A stretch of DNA of 60,692 nt, counting the filler, from Sphacelaria rigidula (Eukaryota), in the NCBI GenBank assembly GCA_964200075.2. It is 5 parts of 5 records of this genome, joined end to end, with 100 filler letters (N's around TTAATTAATTAA, not from the genome) between each part and the next. Parts side by side here need not be neighbours in the genome. Positions count along the whole stretch, not along the records: positions 12,160 to 24,218 come from CAXNAA020004176.1; positions 24,319 to 36,376 come from CAXNAA020004177.1; 3 more parts are not named here. One strand, written 5' to 3'. The notes under the pieces were generated by a model, which was not told the DNA's origin, did no database searches, and was given only the letters and a program-made list of their open reading frames with translations. Made by a program: the position numbers and the translations under genes. Below are positions 12,160 through 25,743 of the stretch, in pieces (within the stretch, counting starts at the first letter, position 1; each line of letters begins with the position of its first letter).

Positions 12160-14093
12160 GACCAAACCTCCTACAATGTCCCCTAGTTCGACTCTGCACA
12201 CGAGTCACCCTGCCCATCCGGGCGTCGGTCCTCAACGGACCCAACCATGGGGTGATCGTCAACGCTTGAACACCCACACAAATGCCCATAAGTTCCCAGA
12301 AGCATGGGGTCGAGGAAGTGTACAAGTATGTCTCGTGTTTCTCGTCTCGTTTTGGCTGACATGCTCTGGTGTATAGCATACTTCATGGGGGCGGGGGGGT
12401 GATCACGGGAACGGACGCACTTTACCTTCACTAGCGGCGACCCAACCACAGTCCGTTCAAAAAATCGAATATATGCCAGGTCATCTTGGATGCGATTGGT
12501 TTGTGCCAGGGAAATTTCTCACGTCTGGCGCCAGGCTTTTGCTCGAAGGACCAAACGGCGTGGCCGGTACTGCTCCACACGACAGCTGAGGTATCGCTAT
12601 ATGCGTTTATTCCCGTGCTCTTTTCGGCGTATTTCTGGTACTCTTCATGAGGAGCGCCCACAATTCAACGAGGAATACACGGTTTCCTTCCGTTGACCGT
12701 AGATGTGCTCGTTCACCCTGAAACGCTATCAGCTTGACACCATTATAACCCTTGTTATTCCTACAAGAACTAAAAACGGAGTTGAGTTGTACTTGTCTGC
12801 TCTTCCCTTACAATACGAAGAAATCCACCACAACAAACGTTCAGAAGAGACAAAACGAAATACACCCTCACCAAATACATTGCTACGCAAATCTATCACG
12901 CTCGAACGCAGTCCCTTCCCTTCCCTTCCTTATCCGTCATTGGGCCCGCCGGCATTCTGCTTGAAGTTTTTCCAGTAGTTACATACACGCCAACACGCAA
13001 CAAAAACGAAACAGTCGCACCTGTCCACACATGCCTGTATCATCCATATGTATGTGTGTGCAAAATCCAATTTGTCTCTCATGTCGCCGTGCGACGGGTT
13101 CTCCAAGATGTGGCGCAAGTGCAGCTGATTCATCGGTCTGTACATCGTGCTGCGATCATGTAGTAGTGGTACTTTTTCGAAACTTACACATGCCACGAGG
13201 TGCAAGAGGGACGACGATCGCAAAAATAATTGGACCTCCACCAGGATGGGCGGGAGACCCGGACCTCATCCGTTTGCTTGTTGGTCGTTGTTCCTCATGG
13301 CCCTATTTATTCGTGTATACAGGACGCACACACTGCTGGGGAAACGCCATCTTGTTGGCATACGGCGATCAACTTCACACGCATATCTATAGTGAGAATT
13401 CTCAAAAACCCTTACAAGTTGAACGTGTCCATTCCCCACACCTGCGTAATAGTCGATACTGTGCGCAGTACACTTTTCGACGGTGTACTCTCTTGTCCAA
13501 GGTGTGGCATTTTTCAAGTTTATGACGCGTACGTCGGGGGGAAGGGTTTACAACATGCTCTTGCAGTTAAGACACGTACTGATCAAGACACCTGAAAGCT
13601 TCCATTACATGCGGGGGGGCCGAGAGCGCTTTTGACCCAACTCCGATTCAACTCGAACATGTACGCCCTCCTCCCAATCCCAGTCCTTTTTTTTCTCGTC
13701 ACGAGGACCCCAGCCTTCCATTTTTGGGGTTGCTTCTCTCGAGCAATCATCCGGAACTCCATGCCGTCTTGCGGGCAACGAACGATACTTGACTTCTGGG
13801 CCAAAAATCATACCATGTATCAAATGTTATCAGACGTTTCCTACGTCAGCGCGAAATCCAAAGGATGTCACCACCATTTTCATGCTTCCATCCGAGAGTT
13901 CCCCTGCAAGTACGCATCTTCGTCGTTGTCCGTAGTGATTACCGCAGGCATTTCAAAATCATCCGCCCGTCTGAGCAAGCAAGCCCCTTTCTCCCCCCAA
14001 CCCTCCCGCCGCTCTCCACAACCTAGCACAACTCAACAACACAGCAAAATAGGCAAAACTCCCCGATATCAACACGATACAAGATACCCCAAA

Positions 14094-17000
14094 TCACAAC
14101 GACGATACGGCGAGCTCGGCCCCCCGCACGCCCTCCCCGTCCTGCCCACCAAAGAACGCAGACTGCCATCTGGCCTCCCTCTCCTCCTTCCCTTGTTCAC
14201 CTTCGTCCCCGACCCGCCGTGTCAACACAGAGGTGTGCCCTACTCTCAACGCCGTCGCCCCGTCTCCTAGCAGAGAGTCGGGCCCACGGCTCCACTCCCA
14301 CAGCTTGGTATCCAACAGGTAACAGTCCCCGTAGTTCTGGACGCCGTCGCTGCCTTCAGGGTCCCAGCCCCCGTGCACGGCGATTGTGTATCCATCGGGG
14401 AGGAGGAGCGCGGTGTGCCCTGTGCGGGCGGCTGGTGCTGCTCCAACTACTTCTGGGCATGTCCACGACCATCGGGGCATGCCTGATGCGCGTGCACACA
14501 CACATCCGACATTCGGAGGTATAGGTGAAGGTGTAAGAGCGGTGCGATCAGGGAGGAGGGAACACAAACGATAGAGGGGATATGAGTGTCGATGTGGCCT
14601 CACATCAACTGTGATGGAATAGATGAGCAAACGGAAAGCCCCCAACACAGAAAAGAATGGGCAAGTAAAAATAACACGGCAGGCAGGCAGGCAGGCTGGC
14701 TAGCTAGCTGGCACCATACTCTACGACCTCTGGGTACTGCATGGCGGCACTACACGCGAGAACACAATACGCACTTGTGTCCAAGACGTGCACTTTGTCG
14801 AAGCTCTCGTCCTGATTGTTCCCCCCGAAAACCACCATCAGCTTCCCGACAACTGTGGCGCTGTGGTAAGAGCGCGGAGCGGGGTTGGAACCGTCGATAG
14901 TTGGGTGTCGCCAGTGCCATCGCTCCGTGTCGAGCACTGCCACGTTGTTTTGCCACTTGCTGTTTAAAAACGAAAAAGGGATAGAAGACGTTGAATTTTA
15001 AATTTCGATCCATGAGAACGAGGCCAAGAAAAAGGGCTACAGTACTTACGAAGGCCAGGCTAGACCCCGAACAAGGCAATGCAGCTTGAGAATGCTCGTC
15101 GGCCCGGGGGAGCTGGGATATCGACTGCGGTTACTATTTTCTTCACCATGGTTACCCAATTTTTGTAGGGTACATGGAGTACAGGCAAAAAAAGGGAAAT
15201 GATGATAATAAAGGATAACAAGGGAGGAGATGAAAATATCATAAGCAAGGAAGCCGCGCATTTTCTCTCGGGATCAAGAACGGAAGGAAAAAAACAGACT
15301 TCAAAGTATCGAGATGGGTCCAGTATCGGTCCCGATGACAAAAAATGTTGCCGGCTCCTCCGACAACGAGGTCTATAGGAAAAACACAATTCATGCAGGC
15401 ATCGGACGCAAAACATCATGCACGATAGCATCTTTATCGCTCTCCCTTACCGGCCACGCACGCCCCCGAAGACGATGAGCTCGTTCCCAATGATGGCCGC
15501 CGAGTGCCCGGATCGCGAAGAGGGTGCCTTCCCGGAGATGGCTGGTGGGTACAGGAGGTCGATTACTGCGCACACAACGGACACGATACGCATCAAGGAG
15601 AGAGAGTATCGTCGCGTATCGCATGTAAGCACCGCGCGAGGCCATGTCTCGGTTGTCGCACGCCAACACTGCCTTCAGCACGATAAGATACCGTGTTAGG
15701 TCACCAAACTAGCAGTGACGTGCTACCACCTCCCTCATACTACGCCTGCTGTTGAGTCAGACAACCTCGTTAAAAGTCTTACGGCAGCGCATGAGTCCTG
15801 CTCGTTGGGCAAGTGAAAGATGATATCCATCCTTCTCCTGTCCCTTTTTTCGCAGCGTTTAGTAGTTGCCTTCTTCTATTCAAAACCATTACCTATTCCT
15901 AGCAAAAACACGCCATGTAATTTTTTGGTACTCGTTGACGAATAAGAACACTTACGATCGATCAATATCTCCCACAACCGCGGCAAAACAAAACATGACG
16001 ACCCAAGTTAGTTGTGAGCCTTTTCAAATCGCAAACCGTTCGAATAGACCTATGAATTGTGTCACTTCCGAATCGAAATCATCGATTACGGAATCGCTTC
16101 TTCTCGGAATTTTCATCTATATCAAGGGCGCAGGCAGTTAGGCGTACTACACACCTGTGTCGAGAACCATAATGTCGTCCAGGCACTCCGGACAGCCATC
16201 AACCGTTCGCTCCCCCCCGAAGATCACCAGTAGGTTTTTATCAGGGAGAAAAGATGCCGTGTGCCAAGCGCGAGGGATACTGTCGCAGTTCATTGGCCGA
16301 CTCCACGTGTGCGTTTCTGCGCACGCCGGCAAAACGTTTCCACAAAACGACACATGACACACGGGAGAAGATTAAGGAAACCGTATCCCGTCTCTCGACA
16401 ACGTATCTGTGCACAAACCGCAAACTCAAGGTGCAAGATACAACCATACGGGAGATGCTCACCAACGTTAGTCGGTGTTATCGCCTGGGGAGCTTGGAGC
16501 AGAAGAAATACGGCAGGAGTTCAGTGCAGAATAAGATACTTCGATGTTGAGAACATGGCGCTTGCGGCCAACACGGAGAGAAATAAACAGATATAATGGG
16601 AGTAGTCCAGGAAGAACGGTGATAGTACTCAGGATTTAGTAAGGATAGCTATGGTACCTAGAATACCCAAGTACTCGTCGAGAACGAGCTTTCCACAGAT
16701 ATCAACAGTTAACCCTAACCCTAACCCTAACCCTGAGTGAATCAGCAGAGGCTTGCTCTTACTCAACAAAGTCGCGCATCAGCGCTTGAAGCTACACTCC
16801 CAAGCTGGGGGCGCACCCTCCATTGCACCATCTCATCCGCTCTCACCGAAATCGAACTTGTACAGATCTCCGAGAGTGGCCTGGTGGGCATCGTCATCCG
16901 CCTGTCCTCCCAACACCAACATCTGGGATTCGGTGATCATCGTCGCCGAGTGACCCCATCGTCCCATGGGTCCACTGCTAGAACCGGATCCTCCCACCTG

Positions 17001-20000
17001 CTCGGATATTTGTTATTTCCAACATGAGTAATTCGTCAGTTTCAAAAGTTGCAAATACTCTGTGTGGACTGCCAGCGAAAAGTCTTGCCAGCAATGGATC
17101 ATGACAAGGGGGAGGCAAGCAGGTGAATACGGAATGACCCGAACTAGCTGAAACGTGTTTTTCTCAAGGAACCACCACATCCAAATGATGTCTATTGACT
17201 CAAGTATTGAAGATGAAACCAGATCGAAGTGACTATACTTCACGGTGAACCGTAGCAACCCCCTCAACCACCGCGGCGATCAGTAACGGATCCACACCTG
17301 TTCGTTACGCGTGTCGAGCACAACCGCCTTTGCGAACCGACGCAGTAACCCATGTGCGGGAGTGGCAGCCGAGCCGACAAGTGACGATGGTTCTTCGACG
17401 GCATGACCCCCGCCGCCACAACTGTCGCCTTCAACATCGACCGCGGGGGGACCTTGTTGGGTTCCCCAAACTTCCTTCCTCTGCGCATCACCATCACCGC
17501 CATCCTTGGCAGTCGATGAGTCCTTGTCATCCTCTTGGGTGTATTCCCCCACCTCCACTTCGCCATCGTCCTCCTGCTTCTCCATGGCATCCACCACACA
17601 TTGCTCGAGCAAGGAGCCCCTCCTCTTCCTCTTTTTTTTCAACCCTTTTTCCGCTGCCGTCGCAGCCGCTGATCCAGCACCAGCGGCAACGCCGGCTACG
17701 TGACCCTTGTCTAGCGACGCGAAAATATCGCTGTTCTCCTTCTCCGGGGCCAACACAAGCGCCGCGGTCCTTCTCGCTCGCCTCTTCCTGCCGCTGCCGC
17801 TGCCGCGGCCGCCCAGAGCCGTAGGCGTGGACGGAGACTTGGCACCAGAAGTCTCCCCTCCGCGAGTGCGCCGCGCGCGCTTTCCCTTCGGCCTGGCAGC
17901 GGACCCCGAAACGCCGGATTTCGCAGGCGAAACGCCGTCATCTGTGTCGATCGAGTTGTCTGGGGACACGGGGCGGCTGCCGCTTCGCCCGCCCCTAGCC
18001 GCGGCCGCAGCGGGAGCAGCACTGGTGGAGGGGGAAGCGCCGTCGCCATCGTGCGGGCTGTTGGTTTGCGCGGGCGACAGCGGGTTGCTTGCGACCACGG
18101 GATCAGCTTCGACAGTGGTGCTGCTGGAGCGTCTCAGCGGAGAGCCCGCTACCGGGTTTTGTCGTTGTTCTTTTCTCATGGAGCTCGGCGGAGAGACCAG
18201 GGCGGACAGGGACAGGTTGTGTTGTTCGCTCACGACCCTGTTGCAGCTACTGTCGGAGGGGAAGCCACTGGTGCCGCTGGCTGTTGTGTTGCTCGGGCGG
18301 CGGATGGGCACGGCTCCGGATTCCGAGCGGTGCGCCGGCTGATGGGGGTTGCCTTCACATGTTTGTCGCATGGCTCCCGGGCTGAACGTCAAGCCCGAGA
18401 CTGTAGAGGCCGCCACGGATTTGAGAGAGGCAACACGGGAGAGAAAAGAGGGGAAAAGAAGGGAATTGCATCGGTGTTTTGGGAAGGACGAGGGCAACCA
18501 TGATGACTTGTCGAGCATAGGGATAGAATTCGTGAAGGAAAAAGTTACCGGCGCTTGATAGGGGGCATCTTGAGGATTGGTTTAGTAGCGCAGGAACTGG
18601 TTCACCTGACCATTTCTCGAAAAGCAGTGCCAAAAAACTCCCGAAGCTTGATATTTGGATATATTTGCTCTCGCATTCTTCGAATAACCAGATTTCCCCC
18701 GGAAATTTCGAAGATTCGTGAGGGTAGCATTCGCAAGCGGAAAATCTGCCGGGGCTTGGAGGGAAGGGGAGTAAGGATTGAATGAGTGAAAGGACCGGGC
18801 TCCGGAAAACAAATCACAGAAGACAATCGCCTGCAGACGGGCTAATATCTTCCCATTAGTTCCAATACCTCCTCTTCCCTGATCCCGAGATGTTTGCATT
18901 TAGAAATGACAAAAAAGCGTTTCCCGAAACACTTTAGAGACGTAGCCCAAGCTGCAGTCCTTCACTATCGTGTCGACCTCCCCACAAATCAACCGGCCCA
19001 TTGAGTCGGAAAACGCGAACAAAATTGCCCTCCGAACTGTGAACACACACCAGCCGCGTCGACTCGTGTCACATCGATAAAAACATTCGCACGAGTGTCT
19101 TCCGATGTGCACTTCGCACCTTGTCAACTGCCACATGGTGACGACAGGGATGCAATCAGGACGGCAAACCAACCGAAGGAACTGTCCTTTTCTGCAAAAT
19201 TTGCAGAGAGCAGTTCGCGTGTTCAGGCACCACTGACAACACAGTAGTGTCCGTAGCGCTACAACACCTCCTGTACGTCTTACGGGCATGGCGATGGGAC
19301 TTGACAAGGACGTGCAATACACAGCAGCCTAGCTGCTACGGGACGTGGAAACACAAGACCAGTCGAAGTCAGACCAGTCGTATCACACTGCCGCCGCACC
19401 GCACGGAACAGCAAGTAAACTGCGGCGTGCCAAGTACGATGCCCGAACCTCTTCGGTATACAGACAGCACAACAGTGCACAATTGTGGCCACACTGTCCC
19501 GACATCCGAAGCAGCGTACGTTATCATCAGCACGCGGTACATGTGCGCCTGAACTATTGGTCATGCCGAAATTCAAATTTGAATCCTGTTTTCATCATGA
19601 GTTTCATAATTCATATGTCTCCCCCAATTTTAAAACCCACGGGATGCACAGAATAGGACCCTCTCTTGTGTAGTACCCTCCTTCGTGTGTACTGCTGGGT
19701 TGATTGTACCGCACATTTCAATAGCGTCCCGTACCTGACTTGGGCGAATCTTGCTCGAGTTGCGACAACGCAATGTCGATGTCCATAGCCGATTCAACAT
19801 CTAGCACTCCCAGAGATCCGGCCTCGCTGTTCGTCGAGCACAAAGAGTGTGGCGCCTCGCTCGACGCCTGGGCGTGGCTGTTGGAACGAAGGGTCATGCT
19901 TCCCGAAAAATTTTGAAAACTGAGCAACAGAGATCCGTCTTTCGTGAAGTCGAACTGACAGCCTGCGAACGATGACAGTTCGAGGCGTATGCCTTCAAAA

Positions 20001-20104
20001 CGCAAGCACGGACCACTGTTGCTGTTGCTGCGCCCTGCAGAAGAGAAGGAAGGTCTACGCGTGTTGTTCTCCGCATTTGCACCGTCTGATACCATGGTCA
20101 CCAT
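14094..20104 (-). CDS. Kelch-repeat (beta-propeller) protein with a long low-complexity N-terminal region; 7 exons: 20104-19735, 18400-17298, 16997-16847, 16316-16155, 15565-15451, 14959-14775, 14482-14094
   Basis: Kelch motifs PMGRWGHSAT..MLVLGG, PRAWHTAS..LVIFGG, PSSRSGHSAA..LIVFGG, PAPRSYHSAT..MVVFGG, PAARTGHTA..VHGG and LRVGHTS..FFGG. All six introns are GT-AG with compatible phases (1,0,1,1,2,1). The start and last exon are the least certain parts. Confidence 0.9.
16709..16734 (-). repeat. Short interstitial telomeric-type repeat (TTAGGG) x4 inside a Kelch-gene intron
   Basis: taaccctaaccctaaccctaaccct. Confidence 0.85.
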
Positions 20105-20196
20105 ACTTGCTCGCGCCCTGACAAGGGGTGAATGGCCAAAGCTTCAAGGACAGGTCAAAATGCTGCGCACTGTAGCCAAGCCGTAATTTCTCTTTC

Positions 20197-20290
20197 TGCT
20201 GGTGCTGGTGCTGGTGCTGGTGCTGGTGCTGGTGCTGGTGCTGCTGGTGCTGCTGCTGGTGCTGCTGCTGGTGCTGCTGCTCCTGCTCCA
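20197..20290 (+). repeat. (GCTGGT)n/(GCT)n microsatellite just upstream of the Kelch gene start
   Basis: Direct inspection. It reads as poly-Q/H on the minus strand but is out of frame with the ATG at 20104. Confidence 0.9.
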
Positions 20291-21281
20291 GTTGATGCTT
20301 CAATTGCTCTGTTGCACGGTCTTCTCAATGGATGGTAATGTAATATGCTGAGCTGGCTGCGTGATGCGAGCTTGATGTGGGGAGTGGGGAGAGTGCGGCT
20401 ATGGGCTGTTTCAGTTAGACTTCTAGAGTATTTGAAATTTCAAATTTGCTGTGAGCCATCGAGATATGGAGGCGTATCATGGAAAAAGACAAATAATATT
20501 TATAGGCAAAGGAAGTCTTATTCTATCCATACAACTACAGTAGTAGTTATCTTTGCAGTTCCTGGTATGCTTCTTCGTCTTTTAATAATAAGATTCAAAA
20601 CACCAATCAGGAAGCACAACCGCGCATTCTCATCAATATCTGCCTCACAATTATATATTTTTCGAATAGCTGTGCATGGGGCAAACGGGAACGGCAACCC
20701 TCCCCCAACTCGTGTATTGCCCGGTGTCATCGTCAGAAATCCACCCCAGTTCTCGTTGTACACGGAGCCTTGACCATGCATACGATTTACTTTACGAAGG
20801 AACTATACTAAATCAATAGAAAAACATAATACTTACGAGGGTTCTTGTCGCCTCCTGTCAGAAAACCGACTTTGAGTTTCAGATCACCCCGGGTGGTATG
20901 TCACGTAACAGTGTGACCGGTCACAGCTGTATCAGAACAGAATACTGAGAAATAACAGTAGCTTACTTCGGCTTCCATAAGGAGCAAGGACGGTTCCGCG
21001 GGAACAACAAACATCAAGGCACGACATCAAACCAAATCTTTGTCTGCATCGGCAGCGCACTTGCGGCAGGCGTGTGAAGTCAGTGCGGGGAGAGACTAAG
21101 CAAGACCCGACAGCATCTTTGTGTTGGACAAGGACGAGGTAAGCTTCATACTACACGGGAAATTGTTGGTGAGGCCGGGGACAACAAGCGATCTTGGCGG
21201 TGGATACTACAGTTCGATTCGACTGTTCTTGTGCGGGCGCTGCTGCTGTCTGAGTGGAGCTTGCTACACCAGCAACCCCAG

Positions 21282-23235
21282 GCGGCACAAGCAAAAAACG
21301 GACTTTTGTGGAGCAATTTGGAAAACCACAACGCAAACGTGGATTTTTCCGAACTGCATCTGCTGCATCGCACATGTGCGTCGTCCCTGAGGACAAGCTG
21401 GGGGCCAAGGTGCGAATATTCTGCTGCTATCCCCAAGAGGGTCGGCATGGGTTGGTTGTGTCGGCGGGCTTTGTTGAATCCAAGGAGGATTGCATTACAA
21501 CGGTGTTGACTAATTATTTTGATTTGAAGTGCTGAAAATATTGTTCCATCAGCCGTTGCGTGTTCGTCTCGAGAGCTTGCCACCGCCCCAACCCCCTCTT
21601 CCCAAAGCAAGAATACTTCAAAGTGATACGCCCTAAAATGATCTACAATACCTTGACTGGGCGTGCTAAGTTTGTTGTTGGGCTGGTCGAGCCCCTGGTG
21701 CTGCTTGGTTTTGAAGAAATGGATGGGTATCACGTGATCCTGAAACGTGTACGTGTCTTGTCTGTTCCTGCAAGACAGGGGTTGTCGGTGACCCTTCGCT
21801 GTGTGAACTTCAGCATCATGACTTTCAGGTTATTTCCAGCACAAACGAGAAGTACCGTGGTGAAGACTATAAACAGAACAGAACATTTTACAATTCGTTA
21901 CAGTAGTGCGCAAACCCTAATTTGAATTGGCTGTGGAAACTAGGCCGTGATCACTGCGCCGACACCGCTGACCAAGCATACACGCTGGCATTTTCCCATC
22001 TATAGTACGAAGCTCTTGTTCCTAGCAAGTTGTGCTACGCCGCTTCCCCTAGCTGACGCATACCTCACGCCAATATATGTTCACGCCCAATCGGTCACTT
22101 TTTCTGTCATGCTTTGTCTTACATTTTTGTCAACATATAAAAAGGCAACGGCTGGCGGGGGAACGATGGGCTCTGGATACAACAAGTGTTCCAATGGTAC
22201 TCATACTAATGGGCACGGTATGGCCCCGACCAATGGGCATGAAGTAGCCGCGGCGGAGAAAGCCGCTCACGGCTACAAGGAAAAGGGGAGGATGCGGTTT
22301 GAGGTGGTGGACGCGCCAGAGACGTGAGTGGTTGATGAAGTTGTCAGGCTTGTCGTCGCAAATCGGAACAGAAGCCTTCTTTTTTTGGTATGGACTATCA
22401 AACATGATCATATTGATTTTTAAGAAGGCGTACTGTCGGCGGGTTCAGGACAGGATCGTCTCGAGTGACTGGTTGAACTGTATGCTGTATCTACTGTTGT
22501 TGTACTGCACTGTTTCTCTTTTTTTGGCCGTGACGGGCTTCGGTGCGTGTGACGTTCGTTGCTTGTCTTCGATGGAGGAGACGACGCGGGCTGCGCATCA
22601 CTACTCGTATGTTGAATAATACCTTGATCGTTGTTGGCGACCATGACAGTCAGTGGCGTGCATCTTGAGTCGAGTCTGTGACTATTATATAGTCTGTGAT
22701 CCGTCCCAAAATTGCGAGCAACCACTCATTACCGTTAAACAGTATGTACCTGCCAACAATGTTCTGAACGCCATGGTTCTTGAACCATCTTTCGCGTGAT
22801 CAAATGAGCTGATCAAACACGGTTTAGCGTGCTGCGTACGATGACGCCAGTGTAGGGGTGGCCTATGAAGGCCTCACTCAAAGACTGTTTTGTTGCCGCC
22901 GAAATACCGATGCGCGGGGAATATTTCTCCGACGAACTACATACCCGACCAAAACCATTCCCGCTTATTGCGCTTCTGCACACGACGTTCTAGTGCAGTC
23001 AGTAGTGCACACCGCACCCGCCGCTGTCCCAATACTAGTATAGGTGCGGGGGTTATTTATCGGCAATTTTGCCCCCGCTTCAGCCTGGAGTGTGTTACCT
23101 TTGAGTCAACAACTAGACTACCCCAGAACGCAGTATCTGGAGTCGTACCGAGGCGCGGTTTCCTGCTTTCGAACAATTTTAGTTCTGCTGAGATGTAGTC
23201 AGCGCGTCCTCGCCGATCTCATGTATTGGAGCAAA
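21282..23235 (+). CDS. Candidate multi-exon gene of unknown function, partial; exons ~21282-21409, 21609-21749, 22145-22323, 23199-23235
   Basis: Four consecutive open exons with AG/GT borders and compatible phases (0,0,2): ...GFFRTASAASHMCVVPEDKLGAK|QEYFKVIRPKMIYNTLTGRAKFVVGLVEPLVLLGFEEMDGYHVILKR|ATAGG...RFEVVDAPE-T|QRVLADLMYWSK. A further donor GTAAGC lies at 21139. No recognised domain. Confidence 0.5.
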
Positions 23236-23689
23236 GTAGGCGAAACTTTCTGTGTAACACGTAACGGAAAGTTCGTGAGACACATCTGATGACAAAAAAA
23301 CACGAAAATGAGAACCGCCGACCCCCTTGATTTTTCTTATGCACCGCAAGAAAGAGCAACCAGATGCCACAATTTGCTGTGCAGCTGTGGTGTTCCTCTT
23401 GTGTGTATGTCTGTTGCGCAGAGGAATGTCTGGCAGACCCCTGTCTCCGCCATGTGTCGATAACTTGAAGTGACGCATATGCGCTGTAACGGCAAACGGC
23501 ATTGGTTCTTGTGTTTGCCCCCCCCCAAAAACGTGCAAAGCGCACGAGTATAACACGGCAAATACAACGACGGCGGGTGGTATATAACCCCAAGTGACTT
23601 TTCGTTTCTTGAGTTCATCAACCACATCAATGTATTATTTTTCTGCGATATGATGTGTCCTGTCTCGCCCTCGAAGGTTTGCGTCGTTT

Positions 23690-23797
23690 TTAACCCTTAG
23701 ACCCCGAGATTAGTCTTTCTGAATCACGCATACTTGTTTTCACTTGAAATTGATGCCGATTCAACAAAGGCTAAACTCGCGGTCGGTAAAGGGTTAA
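23690..23797. mobile_element. piggyBac-type MITE (~100 bp, TTAA-flanked)
   Basis: TTAA-CCCTTAGACC...AGGG-TTAA; same family as 24481 and 37157-37683. Confidence 0.8.
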
Positions 23798-24318
23798 ATG
23801 TCGCACTCCTTGAAATCTTCCGATAAAACCACGAGAAAAATATACATTTACTGTATTCGAAACTTTTTTGGTCTGTGGTTGAAAGATGAGATCGTGTCGG
23901 CGGGATTGCACAGGGTACAATATCTACGGCAACCGGCCACCTGCAATTAGTATGAATCAATGGCGTTCGTAATAAAAATGCTGGCATGAATCACCTTTGC
24001 TGCACAAAAAGGGAGAATCTCGGGTGCAGCTTTCGGTTTCGGCGAGAAATCGAACTCAAGCGTTGGTATCAAGGTACAAAACTTATTATACAAAAAAATA
24101 TATTATCGAAAATGTTCCCCGTGTGGCCAGTACCAGTATGGCCCGTATGAATTCCCGTACTGGCCCGTATCCGCACGCCCCCCCCCTCCCCTCGTAATTC
24201 CTTAGCTCACATTGATGGNNNNNNNNNNNNNNNNNNNNNNNNNNNNNNNNNNNNNNNNNNNNTTAATTAATTAANNNNNNNNNNNNNNNNNNNNNNNNNN
24301 NNNNNNNNNNNNNNNNNN

Positions 24319-24480
24319 GGGTTCTCATCCTCAATCAAAAGCACCATCCTCAACATAGATGATTGGCTGTTTGAAGGAGGGAGAGTATATTTCGAAGATC
24401 TGGTGTGGATACGGAGATTTTGATCCTCCGGGTTCTCATCCTCAATGAGAAGCTCCATCCTCAATTTCGATGATCGACTG
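24319..24480 (+). repeat. ~110-bp tandem/dispersed repeat, also at 28277-28375
   Basis: gggttctcatcctcaat...ccatcctcaa occurs twice here and again at 28321. Confidence 0.75.
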
Positions 24481-24586
24481 TTAACCCTTAGACCGCGAGG
24501 TTAGTCTTCTGTTGAATCGGCATCAATTTCAAGTGAAAAAAAGTATGCATGATCCAGAAAGACTAATCTCGCGGTCTAAGGGTTAA
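24481..24586. mobile_element. piggyBac-type MITE (98 bp between TTAA duplications)
   Basis: TTAA CCCTTAGACCGCGAG.TTAGTCTT ... AAGACTAA.CTCGCGGTCTAAGGG TTAA. Confidence 0.9.
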
Positions 24587-25743
24587 TCGAAAGATGAAAA
24601 ACGGCCGCTTTTTGCCCCAAGCCATACGTCGCTCCGGCATGGATCACCACGTCGCAACCCAGTTTGAACCACAGCGCTATGTCCGACTTGATCACATTAC
24701 AGGGAGAGGGTGGACATCTTCAAAAATTCCGAGTTGTCCGTGTACCTACTAGGAACTCGTGGTGATGTATTTCTGTGCTTTTTGGTGGATTGAACGTGTA
24801 CTGCTCGAGACGAGCGGAATAATCCATGCGACGGCCGACCCAGCCGCACCTCACAAGTCACTCAACTGTTTGTACAGTGTACTTTAGACTCTTACCTCGC
24901 ACTGCACTGTGTCACTACAATCAACGCGTATGCGCAATGTGTAAACTCACTCTGCACCAAGCATTACCCCAGTCAGGAAAGTTTCCGTGGCTGCGTCAAC
25001 GATCGAGTCGTTCCCGCCATCAGGGTTGAGGCCTGATTCCGGGACTGGGCCGTTTTGCGGAACTTCGGTCATTTTGGTTACAGAGCAGTGTAATTCTCTC
25101 AATGCTCCTCAAGGATGTTGCCACGCCCACTCCTGAGTGCGCCGCTACACGGTTCCCTCCCACACCCTGAACATCTGCGTCTGTCTCTGCGTACGATGAT
25201 GAGCATTGCTGGAACCAGAAACGGAACACGCGCAGGCAGCCTGCATATTTGGATCGGCGGCGCGGGTCTGCCACGCGTTCATGATGGTTTTTGTGTTATA
25301 ATCCAATATAATCTTATGGGTGAGGATTCTTTCCTTCTCGGTTTGATAAGAGATATTACCGCTGTGCTGGCCAGTAGAAGGGTAGGTCGCGGCGATGCGG
25401 GGATCATACAGTCATACAGTTTGTAGTTCTTACCAGCATTCAACTATCCAAGTCACAGTACCATACATCCAAACCGATCGATGTTGTTGCTGGTTATTTG
25501 GGACAGATTGCCCCGTCCTGGGCGCCAACTTTGCGAAGATGATACATTCACACATACATATATTATGCTGCTCTTCGGACAGTTCCGAAAATCAATGAAG
25601 GATGTATACACTATTATAGTATAGTACGTCAATGCACAGCTGAGGGGAATTCCTGGCGCCAGAGGATGCTTGCCGGCAAGTTTCCTCGTCGCTATTATGT
25701 GGATTTTGGGCGCAAAGACGGACAACAAGCGGAACGGCAAATA

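Noticed and set aside
17330..18503. Long plus-strand ORFs overlapping Kelch exon 2, and likewise 29524..30114 opposite the LHC gene
   Set aside because: Antisense shadows of GC-rich coding sequence.
20055..20338. Poly-Q/H and poly-AG ORFs
   Set aside because: Products of a microsatellite, and not in frame with the Kelch start codon.
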